Of a stretch of DNA of 64,000 bases, positions 55,378 to 64,000 are shown piece by piece. Origin of the DNA: a virus. A program made the translations under genes and the position numbers. The stretch spans positions 37,684 to 101,683 of IMG/VR virus record IMGVR_UViG_3300020573_000227. One strand, written 5' to 3'. Under the pieces are notes generated by a model. The model did no database searches. It was not told the origin of the DNA and saw only the letters and a list, made by a program, of their open reading frames with translations. Positions within the stretch are counted from its first letter, which is position 1. Every line of letters starts with the position of its first letter.

Positions 55378-56101
55378 ATTGTGTACAGACATATTCGTGT
55401 ACGGTGAAACAAAAAGATTAAGTCCTGAAGCACCTGTACCCGTTTTTAATCCATTATACGTGGAGAAAAATATGGGGATGGGAGGTAATGTAATTGAAAA
55501 TTTAAAATCCTTATATCATTCTGTTAGGATTAAAATAAAACACATACACCAACTCCAACCAATTAAAAAAACAAGATACGTAGACGATAAGTCTAATCAC
55601 ATGTTCATTAGAATTGATGAGGGGGAAGAGTCGATAACACCTTTAGAATTAAACGATGAAATTATTAACGAAATAAAAGAATCTGACGCAATAATTGTTA
55701 GTGATTATAATAAAGGATTTTTAAATGAAAAACTATTATTAGAAATCGCTCAACACTCTCGTTTTATTGTAATGGATACTAAGAAAAAAATAACCGATAG
55801 TTTATTATCTAATTTTGATTTTGTTAAATTAAACGAATCGGAATTTAATAAACATAGTTTTCATAAAAATTTATTAAATAGAGTAATTGTAACTTTGGGT
55901 TCGAATGGTGCTAAGTATATTGACCGAGTTTATCCTTCACCAGACCCTAGAGAAACTATCGACGTTAGTGGTGCTGGTGATACATTTACAGCATCATTTA
56001 CCTTAAAATATTTGGAAACAAAAGACATAAGCCAATCTATAATTTATGCCAATGAAATGGCGTCAATTGTGGTATCAAAAAGAGGAGTAACAACACCATG
56101 A
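55355..56101 (+). CDS. PfkB-family heptose-7-phosphate kinase (HldE/RfaE domain I-like)
   Basis: RLSPEAPVPV, SDYNKG, DVSGAGDTF. Confidence 0.85.
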   Translation: MKITVIGELCTDIFVYGETKRLSPEAPVPVFNPLYVEKNMGMGGNVIENLKSLYHSVRIKIKHIHQLQPIKKTRYVDDKSNHMFIRIDEGEESITPLELNDEIINEIKESDAIIVSDYNKGFLNEKLLLEIAQHSRFIVMDTKKKITDSLLSNFDFVKLNESEFNKHSFHKNLLNRVIVTLGSNGAKYIDRVYPSPDPRETIDVSGAGDTFTASFTLKYLETKDISQSIIYANEMASIVVSKRGVTTP

Positions 56102-56898
56102 AAAGAGCAATAGTAACAGGTTCGAAAGGTTTTATAGGTAAAAATTTAATTCAAGAAATCAAAGATGATTTTGAAATTTTAGAAATTAATGAAGACATTT
56201 TTCTTAATGAAGATTGGACAAATGTTTTGTTAAATAAAATAAACAAATTTTCACCTGATGTTATTTTTCATATCGGAGCATGTTCGGACACTTTAGAACA
56301 AGATGTGAATTACATGATGACCAGAAATTATGAATCAACAAAGATAATGTCAGATTATTGTTATGTCTATAATTGTAAAATGATATATTCTTCTTCAGCC
56401 GCAAATTACGGTACCAATAATTTATATCCATCAAATCTTTATGGGTGGAGTAAATACGTTGCCGAAAAATACGTAATTCAAAATGGTGGAGTTGCTTTGA
56501 GATATTTTAACGTTTATGGACCATACGAAGACCATAAAGGGAAGATGTCGTCGGTTGCGTATCAAATGGTCACTAAGCAAAAAGAAGGTCAGGAAATCAA
56601 ACTATTCCCCCTAAAACCGACGAGAGATTTTGTGTACGTGAAAGACGTTATTAGTGCTAACCTTCACGCACTTAAAAATTATACAGAATGCTCATCTAAT
56701 TATTATGAAGTTGGCAGTGGTGAATCAAGACCATTTGAAGATGTTCTTGAGATTTTGAATATCGGTTTTACGTATCACAAAGAAACTGACATTCCTAAAG
56801 GGTATCAATTCTTTACTAAAAGTGATAAACAAAAATGGATGAAGGGGTGGGAACCTAAATATAATTTAGAAATGGGGTTAAGGGATTATCTACTTTAA
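56098..56898 (+). CDS. hldD: ADP-L-glycero-D-manno-heptose 6-epimerase
   Basis: TGSKGFIG, GACSDT, YSSSAA.YG, YGWSK, LRYFNVYGP.E.HKGKMSS, RDFVYV. Confidence 0.85.
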   Translation: MKRAIVTGSKGFIGKNLIQEIKDDFEILEINEDIFLNEDWTNVLLNKINKFSPDVIFHIGACSDTLEQDVNYMMTRNYESTKIMSDYCYVYNCKMIYSSSAANYGTNNLYPSNLYGWSKYVAEKYVIQNGGVALRYFNVYGPYEDHKGKMSSVAYQMVTKQKEGQEIKLFPLKPTRDFVYVKDVISANLHALKNYTECSSNYYEVGSGESRPFEDVLEILNIGFTYHKETDIPKGYQFFTKSDKQKWMKGWEPKYNLEMGLRDYLL

Positions 56899-57132
56899 GA
56901 ATCGTCCCTTAACGTCCACGTATTTTTCCATAATGAAACCGTCCTGATTATCGTGTTTCATTTTTAACATTAGATTACCCTCAAAATCTTTGAACATACC
57001 GATATAACCGGTTCCTTCACAAGATACGTTATTTGAATCTCCCGGTAACATACCCGCAGACACCTCCTTAACTTCAAATACATACTCTAAATCAGAATTG
57101 GTCCACTCAATAAATTCTTTTGAGTATCCCAT
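56890..57132 (-). CDS. Small hypothetical protein
   Basis: Start moved to ATG 57132, directly after the upstream stop. Confidence 0.55.
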   Translation of the reverse strand: MGYSKEFIEWTNSDLEYVFEVKEVSAGMLPGDSNNVSCEGTGYIGMFKDFEGNLMLKMKHDNQDGFIMEKYVDVKGRFLK

Positions 57133-57133
57133 A

Positions 57134-57319
57134 TTAGACCTCCTCGGTATATAAAATAAATTTACTTCCGTCTGGATGAGGTCTTTCGGGATCTTCTTCG
57201 TCGTAAAAAACTTGGTTTTCTGCCAACCAATCCTCGCACTCATCTAATGTTGTGAAATGTTCTGTTCCTAATACAGGTACATCTTTACCCGCCTCGAAAA
57301 TTTTGTAAGTCATTGCCAT
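57134..57319 (-). CDS. Small acidic protein (paralog of 57425)
   Basis: PVLGTEHFTTLDECEDWLAENQ. Confidence 0.7.
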   Translation of the reverse strand: MAMTYKIFEAGKDVPVLGTEHFTTLDECEDWLAENQVFYDEEDPERPHPDGSKFILYTEEV

Positions 57320-57424
57320 AGTATTGTTTTTTATTTTAAATATAATAAATACAAAATTAAAAATGTATAGTTTTGAAAATAAAAAACCCCAATAAATGGG
57401 GTCTTATTAATAAAATTAATTTAA

Positions 57425-57616
57425 TTACTCCTCAACAGGAGCAGGTATCATTACATATTTACCTGAATATTCTAATTCAGCACCTTCTTCGTTTGCTGTA
57501 AATTCTTGGTTTTCTAACAACCAAGCTTCACATTGTTCTTTTGTTGTTAATTCTTCCGTTCCTTCTACCGGTACGATACTTGAACCTGATAGTGTAATTA
57601 AGTATTTTTCTTCCAT
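57425..57616 (-). CDS. Small acidic protein (paralog of 57134)
   Basis: PVEGTEELTTKEQCEAWLLENQ. Confidence 0.7.
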   Translation of the reverse strand: MEEKYLITLSGSSIVPVEGTEELTTKEQCEAWLLENQEFTANEEGAELEYSGKYVMIPAPVEE

Positions 57617-57663
57617 GGTTTTTGTGTTTATATATAAATATCTTGATTTATTAAAAAAATCAT

Positions 57664-59205
57664 TTACATCCTAACGTCACCCAAATAATCGTTTAAAATT
57701 TCGTTAAAGTATCTCTCATCAACATCAGGTGTCCATCTATCGTCTATTCTAAAATCGGGTTTTTCATAGTAATCACCCATTAGTTCATCAAACACACACT
57801 CATAACTATCGTCACATCTTTCGAAATAATCATCTAAATCATCCTCATTTACTCCATGATTATCAATAACGGTTTTTAAATTAATTTCAATCGTTGCTCC
57901 CTCATCATTTAATTTTGTTACCGTACCATATTCTTCTAATGCGTTTTGAAGTGTTCTTTTGTAGTAAACATAATATGAATCACTTTCCGCGGACGATATC
58001 GCATTACCCAATGCGTTTCTTATTTCATAATTGTGATCAAACTCCTTAATAAGTTCATTTAATGATTTACCTTCAATTTCGTCCTCGTTTGTAAATCCTT
58101 TAATTAAATCCCAAATAATACCAGTGTTTTCTTCATCTGCGTAGTATTCCAACGCAGTTTCCCATTCACCACCACCATTGTCAAATAAATCCCAATAGTC
58201 ACCACTTAATAAAGTTTCGAACATACCGGTTTCTCTTTGTCTACCCTGTGCGTCTTTGTATTTTCTTACTGTCCAATCACCATCCACATAACGTGAAATA
58301 TATGCGGGGTCAATTTGTAACTCAAACATCATATCTTCCGTTGACCTATCGGAAAGTAAACCAATTTTTCGTAATGCCTTCTTACCCTTTCTATTGTCAA
58401 ATAAATCGGGTTTTTGATCATATATTTCTTTTATTTTATCTTCAGGTAAATCTACTAAACTAAAATCTTGACTTGATTCATATTCAGACCCGAACTCACC
58501 GACAATGTCATTTAATATAAATGGAACGATGTATGGATGTAATTCTTCTGATGGTTTCTTGTTATGCGGACCTTTCATTTGTAAAAGAACACCACTATCG
58601 TTAACAGATGCGGTTACAAAACTTCTATTTTTAGTGAACTTAGTATTTTCAATAGGTGAAGTGAATCTTAAAGAATAAAGGTTACCGGCACTTCTACCGC
58701 AATGACCCATTCTCTTTGATTCTTCATCACAATCTTTTGTTTCTAAATCAACCCAATAATATCCATTACCCTTTTCATTTCTAAAGTCAACCACCACAGG
58801 ATGTTCTTCTTTATAGTCAATAGTTGAATCTCCAACCTCTAACTCATCGTGCCATTTTTTGGATTGTTCATGTAATTCTTTATAGTTTAAATTTTGATAT
58901 GGTCTAACATTACCATTTAACCCAACTCGAATCCAATCCATAATTGACGTAATAGTTTGTCTTGATGTTTGTAACGTATAATCTGAATTCACCTCATCGA
59001 TAACCTCTTCTCTACTCAATTTTTTAACTCCCGGTGTAACGGTCATCATGTTATCAATTATTTTATTTGCCATGAACACAGACAATGGACCACATAAGTT
59101 AGATAGGAATTCGGCATTTCTCTCGTTCAATCCAATTTTTTGAATTAAGATATCCTTCTTACTGGCCTCAACTATTAAATCGTATAATAAATTATTAAAC
59201 TTCAT
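57664..59205 (-). CDS. Large protein with PcfJ-like domain
   Basis: S..WH, EESKRMGHCG, LYSLR, Q.KG..N.KP; IVEA leader. Confidence 0.7.
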   Translation of the reverse strand: MKFNNLLYDLIVEASKKDILIQKIGLNERNAEFLSNLCGPLSVFMANKIIDNMMTVTPGVKKLSREEVIDEVNSDYTLQTSRQTITSIMDWIRVGLNGNVRPYQNLNYKELHEQSKKWHDELEVGDSTIDYKEEHPVVVDFRNEKGNGYYWVDLETKDCDEESKRMGHCGRSAGNLYSLRFTSPIENTKFTKNRSFVTASVNDSGVLLQMKGPHNKKPSEELHPYIVPFILNDIVGEFGSEYESSQDFSLVDLPEDKIKEIYDQKPDLFDNRKGKKALRKIGLLSDRSTEDMMFELQIDPAYISRYVDGDWTVRKYKDAQGRQRETGMFETLLSGDYWDLFDNGGGEWETALEYYADEENTGIIWDLIKGFTNEDEIEGKSLNELIKEFDHNYEIRNALGNAISSAESDSYYVYYKRTLQNALEEYGTVTKLNDEGATIEINLKTVIDNHGVNEDDLDDYFERCDDSYECVFDELMGDYYEKPDFRIDDRWTPDVDERYFNEILNDYLGDVRM

Positions 59206-59220
59206 CGTAAATAAATACTT

Positions 59221-59308
59221 AAAAAAAGGGATATGAGTAGCGAATTCATATCCCAACGGGATTAGTAACTAGTCCCGGCCCTAAGTCCGGTCTTCAAACC
59301 GGAGGTAT
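59221..59308 (-). other. Three-hairpin 3' UTR element ending in a terminator
   Basis: TCCGGT/ACCGGA, CGGGA/TCCCG, GGGATATGA/TCATATCCC + T7. Confidence 0.5.
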
Positions 59309-59309
59309 C

Positions 59310-59501
59310 TTATAAAAATCTCTTAAATGTAGATTTTATTTTTTGAACTGACTCGTTGATTTCATATTCAGTATCCACATCTACATCTCTTTTTGATGGT
59401 TCATGGGTTGCCATTTGTGGTTCATCATTCTCTTGTATTTGATTTTTTAATACTACCAAACGTTTTAGTTGTTCTTCGGTGATTTTAATTTTCTTTGACA
59501 T
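59310..59501 (-). CDS. Small protein made mostly of ITEEQ/INES motifs
   Basis: MSKKIKITEEQLKRL...INESVQKIKSTFKRFL. Confidence 0.7.
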   Translation of the reverse strand: MSKKIKITEEQLKRLVVLKNQIQENDEPQMATHEPSKRDVDVDTEYEINESVQKIKSTFKRFL

Positions 59502-59531
59502 CGTGTGTTTGTTTGTATATAAATATAGATT

Positions 59532-59918
59532 TTAATGTAAATTCTTTAAAAGTCTTAATTGACTTTCGGTAATCATTATTTTTATTCTTTTTTCGACAGA
59601 TTCGTTAATACTTGTGTGAGCATATTTTTCATATTTTTCACGAGGAAGAACCATCTGTAATTTGATTACCTTTTCTTTTGGATTTTCTGGGTCGTCAACC
59701 AATTCAAAACGAATTCGATATTCTGGATTACCACTATAACGAATTCTATAACCCCCAAGACCTGGATCGTATTTCTTAATGTCAATTATCTTGTGTAACT
59801 CAACAAAATTAGGTGACATATTGATTAACCTTTCAATTTTTTCTGTGTCTTTTTTTGCTCTTTTTTCACGTATTGCCGATAAATCTTTTAAATAACGTGG
59901 AGTATATTCTATTTTCAT
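59532..59918 (-). CDS. RelE/ParE-superfamily toxin-like protein with C-terminal ITESQ motif
   Basis: MKIEYTPRYLKDL...IKK...GYRIR....YRIRF...V.PR...Y. Confidence 0.65.
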   Translation of the reverse strand: MKIEYTPRYLKDLSAIREKRAKKDTEKIERLINMSPNFVELHKIIDIKKYDPGLGGYRIRYSGNPEYRIRFELVDDPENPKEKVIKLQMVLPREKYEKYAHTSINESVEKRIKIMITESQLRLLKNLH

Positions 59919-59941
59919 ATTTTATATAGAGTTTTAATATT

Positions 59942-60442
59942 TTACCATCTTAAAAGTCCAAATAGACGTGATTTTTTTCCGTCGCACCAATAGGTTTCTG
60001 TTTTTGTAAATTTGAAGAATCTACTTAAAATTGTTAATAACATGATAAAAATAATACCTCCAATTACCATGGCAAAGGCGGGTGGCATACTAACACCCAA
60101 TAAAGTAATAACTGCAGGACCGGCAACCTGTTCATTTTGTTGTTGTCTTTTTAATTCCTTTAATTGTCTCTTGGCTTGAATCAATTCAGCAAATGATGCT
60201 GTCTTCATTTTTTGTTTTAATTGGTCAACAGTTTGTTTCTGTTCACCAGTTATGTCTTGTGGTAATTCAAGATCATCAGGATTTGAACACATAACTTCCT
60301 TAAATTCTTCTGGTGTTAAATCTTCATCGACTTTTTCGTTAAATTCCTGAGTGTACTGAATTAACATAGCTTGTGAATCATCTTCTTTTAGATTCATCAT
60401 AAACTTAATTCTAGTAATTTGTTCGTTTAATGTATGTTTCAT
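59942..60442 (-). CDS. Hypothetical protein with LNEQ leader and C-terminal TM
   Basis: MKHTLNEQITRIKFMM. Confidence 0.7.
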   Translation of the reverse strand: MKHTLNEQITRIKFMMNLKEDDSQAMLIQYTQEFNEKVDEDLTPEEFKEVMCSNPDDLELPQDITGEQKQTVDQLKQKMKTASFAELIQAKRQLKELKRQQQNEQVAGPAVITLLGVSMPPAFAMVIGGIIFIMLLTILSRFFKFTKTETYWCDGKKSRLFGLLRW

Positions 60443-60454
60443 AGTATATAAATA

Positions 60455-60793
60455 CTACTTCCAAAGGATTTGTATTGCAAGAATTGTCATACCCAATAAA
60501 AGACATATTACAGTCTTTAAGGTTATGGGTTCTTTGAATATGATGTAACTCATCAACGCAAACACAATAATACCAATAGAGAACCCAATAAGACGACTGG
60601 GCCATATTTCACCATTAGATGATTTGACAATATGTTCCACAGATTTAAGGAACAAATAACTGAGGGGAACTGCGGATAACAATGTTAGTATGGGATATTT
60701 TTCTAATAGTCCCCATTTAATGTTTCCTTGTAGTTGTAAGAATGTTAATATCTGTGCCAATATTCCATATAAAATACCAATAAATAAATCCAT
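60455..60793 (-). CDS. Four-TM small membrane protein, paralog of 23311
   Basis: NGEIWPSRLIGFSIGI, EPITLKT. Confidence 0.7.
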   Translation of the reverse strand: MDLFIGILYGILAQILTFLQLQGNIKWGLLEKYPILTLLSAVPLSYLFLKSVEHIVKSSNGEIWPSRLIGFSIGIIVFALMSYIIFKEPITLKTVICLLLGMTILAIQILWK

Positions 60794-60874
60794 ATGGTAT
60801 TAATATACACTTAAAAATAACGAATTAAAAGAGTTAATTAGGATTATAGACATTATATTGTCTACTCGTTCTCA

Positions 60875-61237
60875 CTAAAACTGTGAATTATATGTGATTT
60901 TTGTAATCGTTCCACCATCATTAAAGAACTCATATCTTTGTTCCTTCGTAATGGATTTATCCATGGACATAAACAGGGAATTAAATGTTTTGTCGTCGTA
61001 GGTCTTTTTTCCGGTATTTTTCTTCTCGATTAACTTTTGTGCCATAGGGTATATGGTCTTAGTGTTAAATAACATGGTCTTTTTAAGTTGTTCAATGGGT
61101 GTGTTCTCAAACTCCCCATCTTCACCTCTTAGGAACCGATTTAAGAACCCTAATAAGGTTTGCTCAGGAACAGTAAGGTTCGAGGTTTGTTGTTCTATAA
61201 TTGTCTTTAATTGTGATTCTGTTACAATGATTTTCAT
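60875..61237 (-). CDS. Hypothetical protein with VTESQ leader
   Basis: MKIIVTESQLKTIIEQQ. Confidence 0.7.
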   Translation of the reverse strand: MKIIVTESQLKTIIEQQTSNLTVPEQTLLGFLNRFLRGEDGEFENTPIEQLKKTMLFNTKTIYPMAQKLIEKKNTGKKTYDDKTFNSLFMSMDKSITKEQRYEFFNDGGTITKITYNSQF

Positions 61238-61250
61238 AAACATAAATAGA

Positions 61251-61736
61251 TTAAAACATACTTCCCACAGAACTTATGGAACAATAATGGCAAGATGCTC
61301 TACTATCTGACGCTCCACGAACTATTCCCATACCTCTACCTGAACTAGGTCCAACAAATACATTTGATGCAGGTACACCGTCACTAACCGCCTTTCTCAC
61401 ACTTGTGGTTGTTTCTCCACCACTAAACGTGGGTTCAATAATATAAAATCTATTTTTATTAACGTATGGTAATCCGGATAGTTGTCCCGATATACGACAT
61501 CCTGCACTGAACAAGAATAATGGGATGTTTCTATTTTGCTGAAGAAACTCTTTTATCAAATCGACTGGTGAAGAATGAGAAAATCCTTTAACGGTAACCC
61601 CCATAGATGATGATAATCTGGATATTTGTTCATCAAGAGACTCACCGTGTGTTAGACCACCTATTAAAACTGCACCGTATCTTATATTCGATGACTCTTC
61701 CGTTAAAATGTCCTGTATGATATCAATTAGTTTCAT
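61251..61736 (-). CDS. Alpha/beta-hydrolase-like protein with LTEE leader
   Basis: LFLFSAGC nucleophile-elbow-like motif; C-terminal His. Confidence 0.5.
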   Translation of the reverse strand: MKLIDIIQDILTEESSNIRYGAVLIGGLTHGESLDEQISRLSSSMGVTVKGFSHSSPVDLIKEFLQQNRNIPLFLFSAGCRISGQLSGLPYVNKNRFYIIEPTFSGGETTTSVRKAVSDGVPASNVFVGPSSGRGMGIVRGASDSRASCHYCSISSVGSMF

Positions 61737-61851
61737 ATACACATATAAATATCCCATAAATATTAAGGGACACAAAAAAATAAAGAGTTATAAACCGCGA
61801 ACGGGGGTACCGGCGTCCGAAAGTTGTGAACGGGGTTATCGGAGATTAAAA

Positions 61852-62583
61852 TTATGGTTGTTTATCATACCACTTCTTCAACGAACTGATATAACTGGCG
61901 GTCATGTGATCCTTAATTGTCTTTCCCGCGAATACAGATTTAATATAATTCCAAGCACGTTCCCAATCAATCATGTATTTCTTAATATTACCGTCGTAGT
62001 CGATTCGTAACATGTAGTTAACGTGATAGTACCCAATGTTCGGAGAACGTGTCACCAGGTCGTTATTATGGACGATTCTGAGGGTTTTAATCTTACGATT
62101 ATCGTAGTTATTCTTAAAGGTCTTATTACCGACTCTCGGACTTCCTATGGTACAACATTCAATGGTTGTATCCTCAAATACGTGGGAAAGGTTATAAGCA
62201 CATAGAGTAGCAACCGCAGCACCTAAACTATGACCACACACAACAATCTTATTATACCCACTCATCTTGGTAATATCTTTAAGGATAACGTTCTTAACTG
62301 CGTCCCAAGAAGACTTAAATCCGATATGTACCTTATCACCCTCATTGATGAATGGTACCTTATCGATGGACACATCGTTCTGAGCATCCTTCTTAGATGA
62401 CGTTCCTCTGAAGACCACATAGAGTGACTTCCCTTTCATGGCAACAAATCCTTGTGTATCTGATTTCTTATCGTCAACCCATTTAACGGATGTTAGTCCG
62501 AGACCGTTGAAGTCAATGTCTTTTTGGTCTTTATATACAACGTCACATAATTGTACGTTATAGAGTACTTCGTCTTTATTCAT
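61852..62583 (-). CDS. Lipase class 3 family protein
   Basis: VVFRGT, VHIGF, CGHSLGAAVA, GSPRVGN, DLVT..P, DH. Confidence 0.9.
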   Translation of the reverse strand: MNKDEVLYNVQLCDVVYKDQKDIDFNGLGLTSVKWVDDKKSDTQGFVAMKGKSLYVVFRGTSSKKDAQNDVSIDKVPFINEGDKVHIGFKSSWDAVKNVILKDITKMSGYNKIVVCGHSLGAAVATLCAYNLSHVFEDTTIECCTIGSPRVGNKTFKNNYDNRKIKTLRIVHNNDLVTRSPNIGYYHVNYMLRIDYDGNIKKYMIDWERAWNYIKSVFAGKTIKDHMTASYISSLKKWYDKQP

Positions 62584-62595
62584 AGTTTATAAATA

Positions 62596-63096
62596 TTATA
62601 CCTTCACTAAGTTAATCTCAACGCCGCTACCCACTTTAATTTCGGCACTTGATCCCTTATTATTGTGTAATTGGACTAAGGCGGCATTTAGTTTATCCAC
62701 AGGTACTCTTATTTTTAACCACCCGTCATGTGACAAAGAATTACTCGGTATTAACTTTTTCATTATTCCTGCCACGGTACCATTCTTTGGCATTACTTCA
62801 CCTGATAATACACCACTTCCCCTATTTCTACTAACATTTCTAAGTGTGATGTCGAAATTAATAAACCCATATGAACCTGATAGTTTATAGGAGAATTTTG
62901 AATTGGGGATTATACTCCCATCCTCACCTCTTCTTGTTAAGTAAATGATGTTTGTATTGTTGGTCCCACCGATTGGGTTATACCCCATATTTGTTTTTTT
63001 TGTTAATGTATCAGTCGTGGGAAACATGGATATAAATCCGAATTTTGATTGTTGTTCTGATAGTATGGTTTCCTTTATTACAGATAATAGTTTCAT
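62596..63096 (-). CDS. Hypothetical protein with LSEQ leader
   Basis: MKLLSVIKETILSEQQ. Confidence 0.7.
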   Translation of the reverse strand: MKLLSVIKETILSEQQSKFGFISMFPTTDTLTKKTNMGYNPIGGTNNTNIIYLTRRGEDGSIIPNSKFSYKLSGSYGFINFDITLRNVSRNRGSGVLSGEVMPKNGTVAGIMKKLIPSNSLSHDGWLKIRVPVDKLNAALVQLHNNKGSSAEIKVGSGVEINLVKV

Positions 63097-63099
63097 AGT

Positions 63100-63774
63100 T
63101 TATAAATTGATATTAATTGGATAACCATTATATCCATTCACCTCGCGCATATTGGATATTTCCCTAATAAATGTATATAATTCGGTTGGATTTTTTATAA
63201 ATTCTTTAAAATACCACAAGAATCTCTTAGATGTTATAAATTCGTACTTATTATCTCTTTTAACGTTGAAATCATAGTTATCAATAACTGTTACCTTATT
63301 TTTATCAGGTGAAATTCTTATATTTGGTAATCTGACTTGACCCAAAAAATTACTAAATTGGTCAACCATGGGCATATTAAAAAGTCCAACTGTACTCATG
63401 TGGGAAATTGCCCCTGATGGATCCTCAGGGTTTCTATAACCACTCCAAAATTGATAATCAAAACCTCTCTCACCCACACTTAAAGCTGCTTTTTTTAAAA
63501 ACTCCCTTTCTTCGGTTGTCATATCCTTTTCTGTAAACGGTGCGGTTCTTCCAAGTAAATGGTACATATATGCTCTTACATGTATTGGTAACTCAAACTT
63601 GTGTGATGATATGATTTTATTAAGCGCTGTTATGAATAAGTTTTCTTCGTCCTTACTAACATAGTCACTTGAATGTTTCGCCGAAATACCGGGCGCTATT
63701 GTTTTACCTTTTAAATTGAGCGATTGTTGCTCAACTAAACTCATATATTGACTCTCAGTTATAATAATCTTCAT
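63100..63774 (-). CDS. Hypothetical protein with ITESQ leader
   Basis: MKIIITESQYMSLVEQQ; D.YDFN. Confidence 0.7.
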   Translation of the reverse strand: MKIIITESQYMSLVEQQSLNLKGKTIAPGISAKHSSDYVSKDEENLFITALNKIISSHKFELPIHVRAYMYHLLGRTAPFTEKDMTTEEREFLKKAALSVGERGFDYQFWSGYRNPEDPSGAISHMSTVGLFNMPMVDQFSNFLGQVRLPNIRISPDKNKVTVIDNYDFNVKRDNKYEFITSKRFLWYFKEFIKNPTELYTFIREISNMREVNGYNGYPININL

Positions 63775-63852
63775 AGTATATAAATAGATATTAAGCATAA
63801 AAAACCCCAGACTCCTTTAGGTGACCGGGGTTTTTTCTAAATAGTTTAAATA

Positions 63853-64000
63853 TTATTGAGTTGGTTGTTTGAAATATTTTTTGTAAGCCATTACAGCATG
63901 TGTTTTATCACCAAAAATACCATCATCTTTTAATTGTATACCTTCTGAATCTTTGTTTGCTCTTTGGAATTCAATCACCTTAGCTTTTGTCACATTACCA
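63853..64000 (-). CDS. Partial CDS (C-terminus) with peptidoglycan-binding domain
   Basis: G..TKAKVIEFQRAN....LKDDGIFGDKT. Confidence 0.7.
   Translation of the reverse strand, partial: GNVTKAKVIEFQRANKDSEGIQLKDDGIFGDKTHAVMAYKKYFKQPTQ

Noticed and set aside
1-64000. CRISPR array, transposase, integrase, rRNA
   Set aside because: No regularly spaced repeats or such ORFs seen; the 16S-like match is only 13 nt
1-64000. Stop-codon reassignment as in some large phages
   Set aside because: Conserved genes are intact in code 11 and TAG terminates normally (e.g. 26336); only one isolated internal TAA

Overview
This window looks like part of a large, AT-rich lytic (jumbo-type) dsDNA phage. The host is probably in the Bacteroidota, based on repeated TAnnTTTG promoter boxes, near-absence of Shine-Dalgarno sites, T9SS/CsgG/beta-barrel-type proteins, and a 13-nt match to the Bacteroidota 16S 3' end. 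The genetic code is standard and no core capsid or replication genes are in the window. Contents: a chaperone block (Hsp20, ClpC-like ATPase lacking the N-domain); an RNA-repair block (kinase, Rnl1-type ligase, cyclic-phosphate receiver protein); an 11.5-kb minus-strand operon of exported and outer-membrane proteins (cohesin, dockerin, C-type lectin, CsgG-like, beta-barrels); an RNA island (7 canonical tRNAs, one tRNA-like RNA with a giant variable arm, several stem-closed unknown RNAs, an ~800-nt GOLLD-like RNA, tmRNA); glycosyltransferase and ADP-heptose genes; dispersed lysis genes; and many genes behind a TATTTAT(A/T) box whose proteins share an (I/L)xE-type N-terminal leader. The most striking unexplained signals are two pairs of distant, oppositely oriented small RNAs predicted to base-pair in trans. 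(i) An ORF-less RNA at ~27125-27225(-) carries a 13-nt complement of the Bacteroidota anti-SD and is clamped on both sides by an RNA at ~4108-4212(+). (ii) An sRNA at ~7871-7939(+) is a kissing-loop-type antisense to the 5' leader (19513-19544) of the surface-protein operon. All functional calls come from motif recognition by eye; no searches or folding programs were run.
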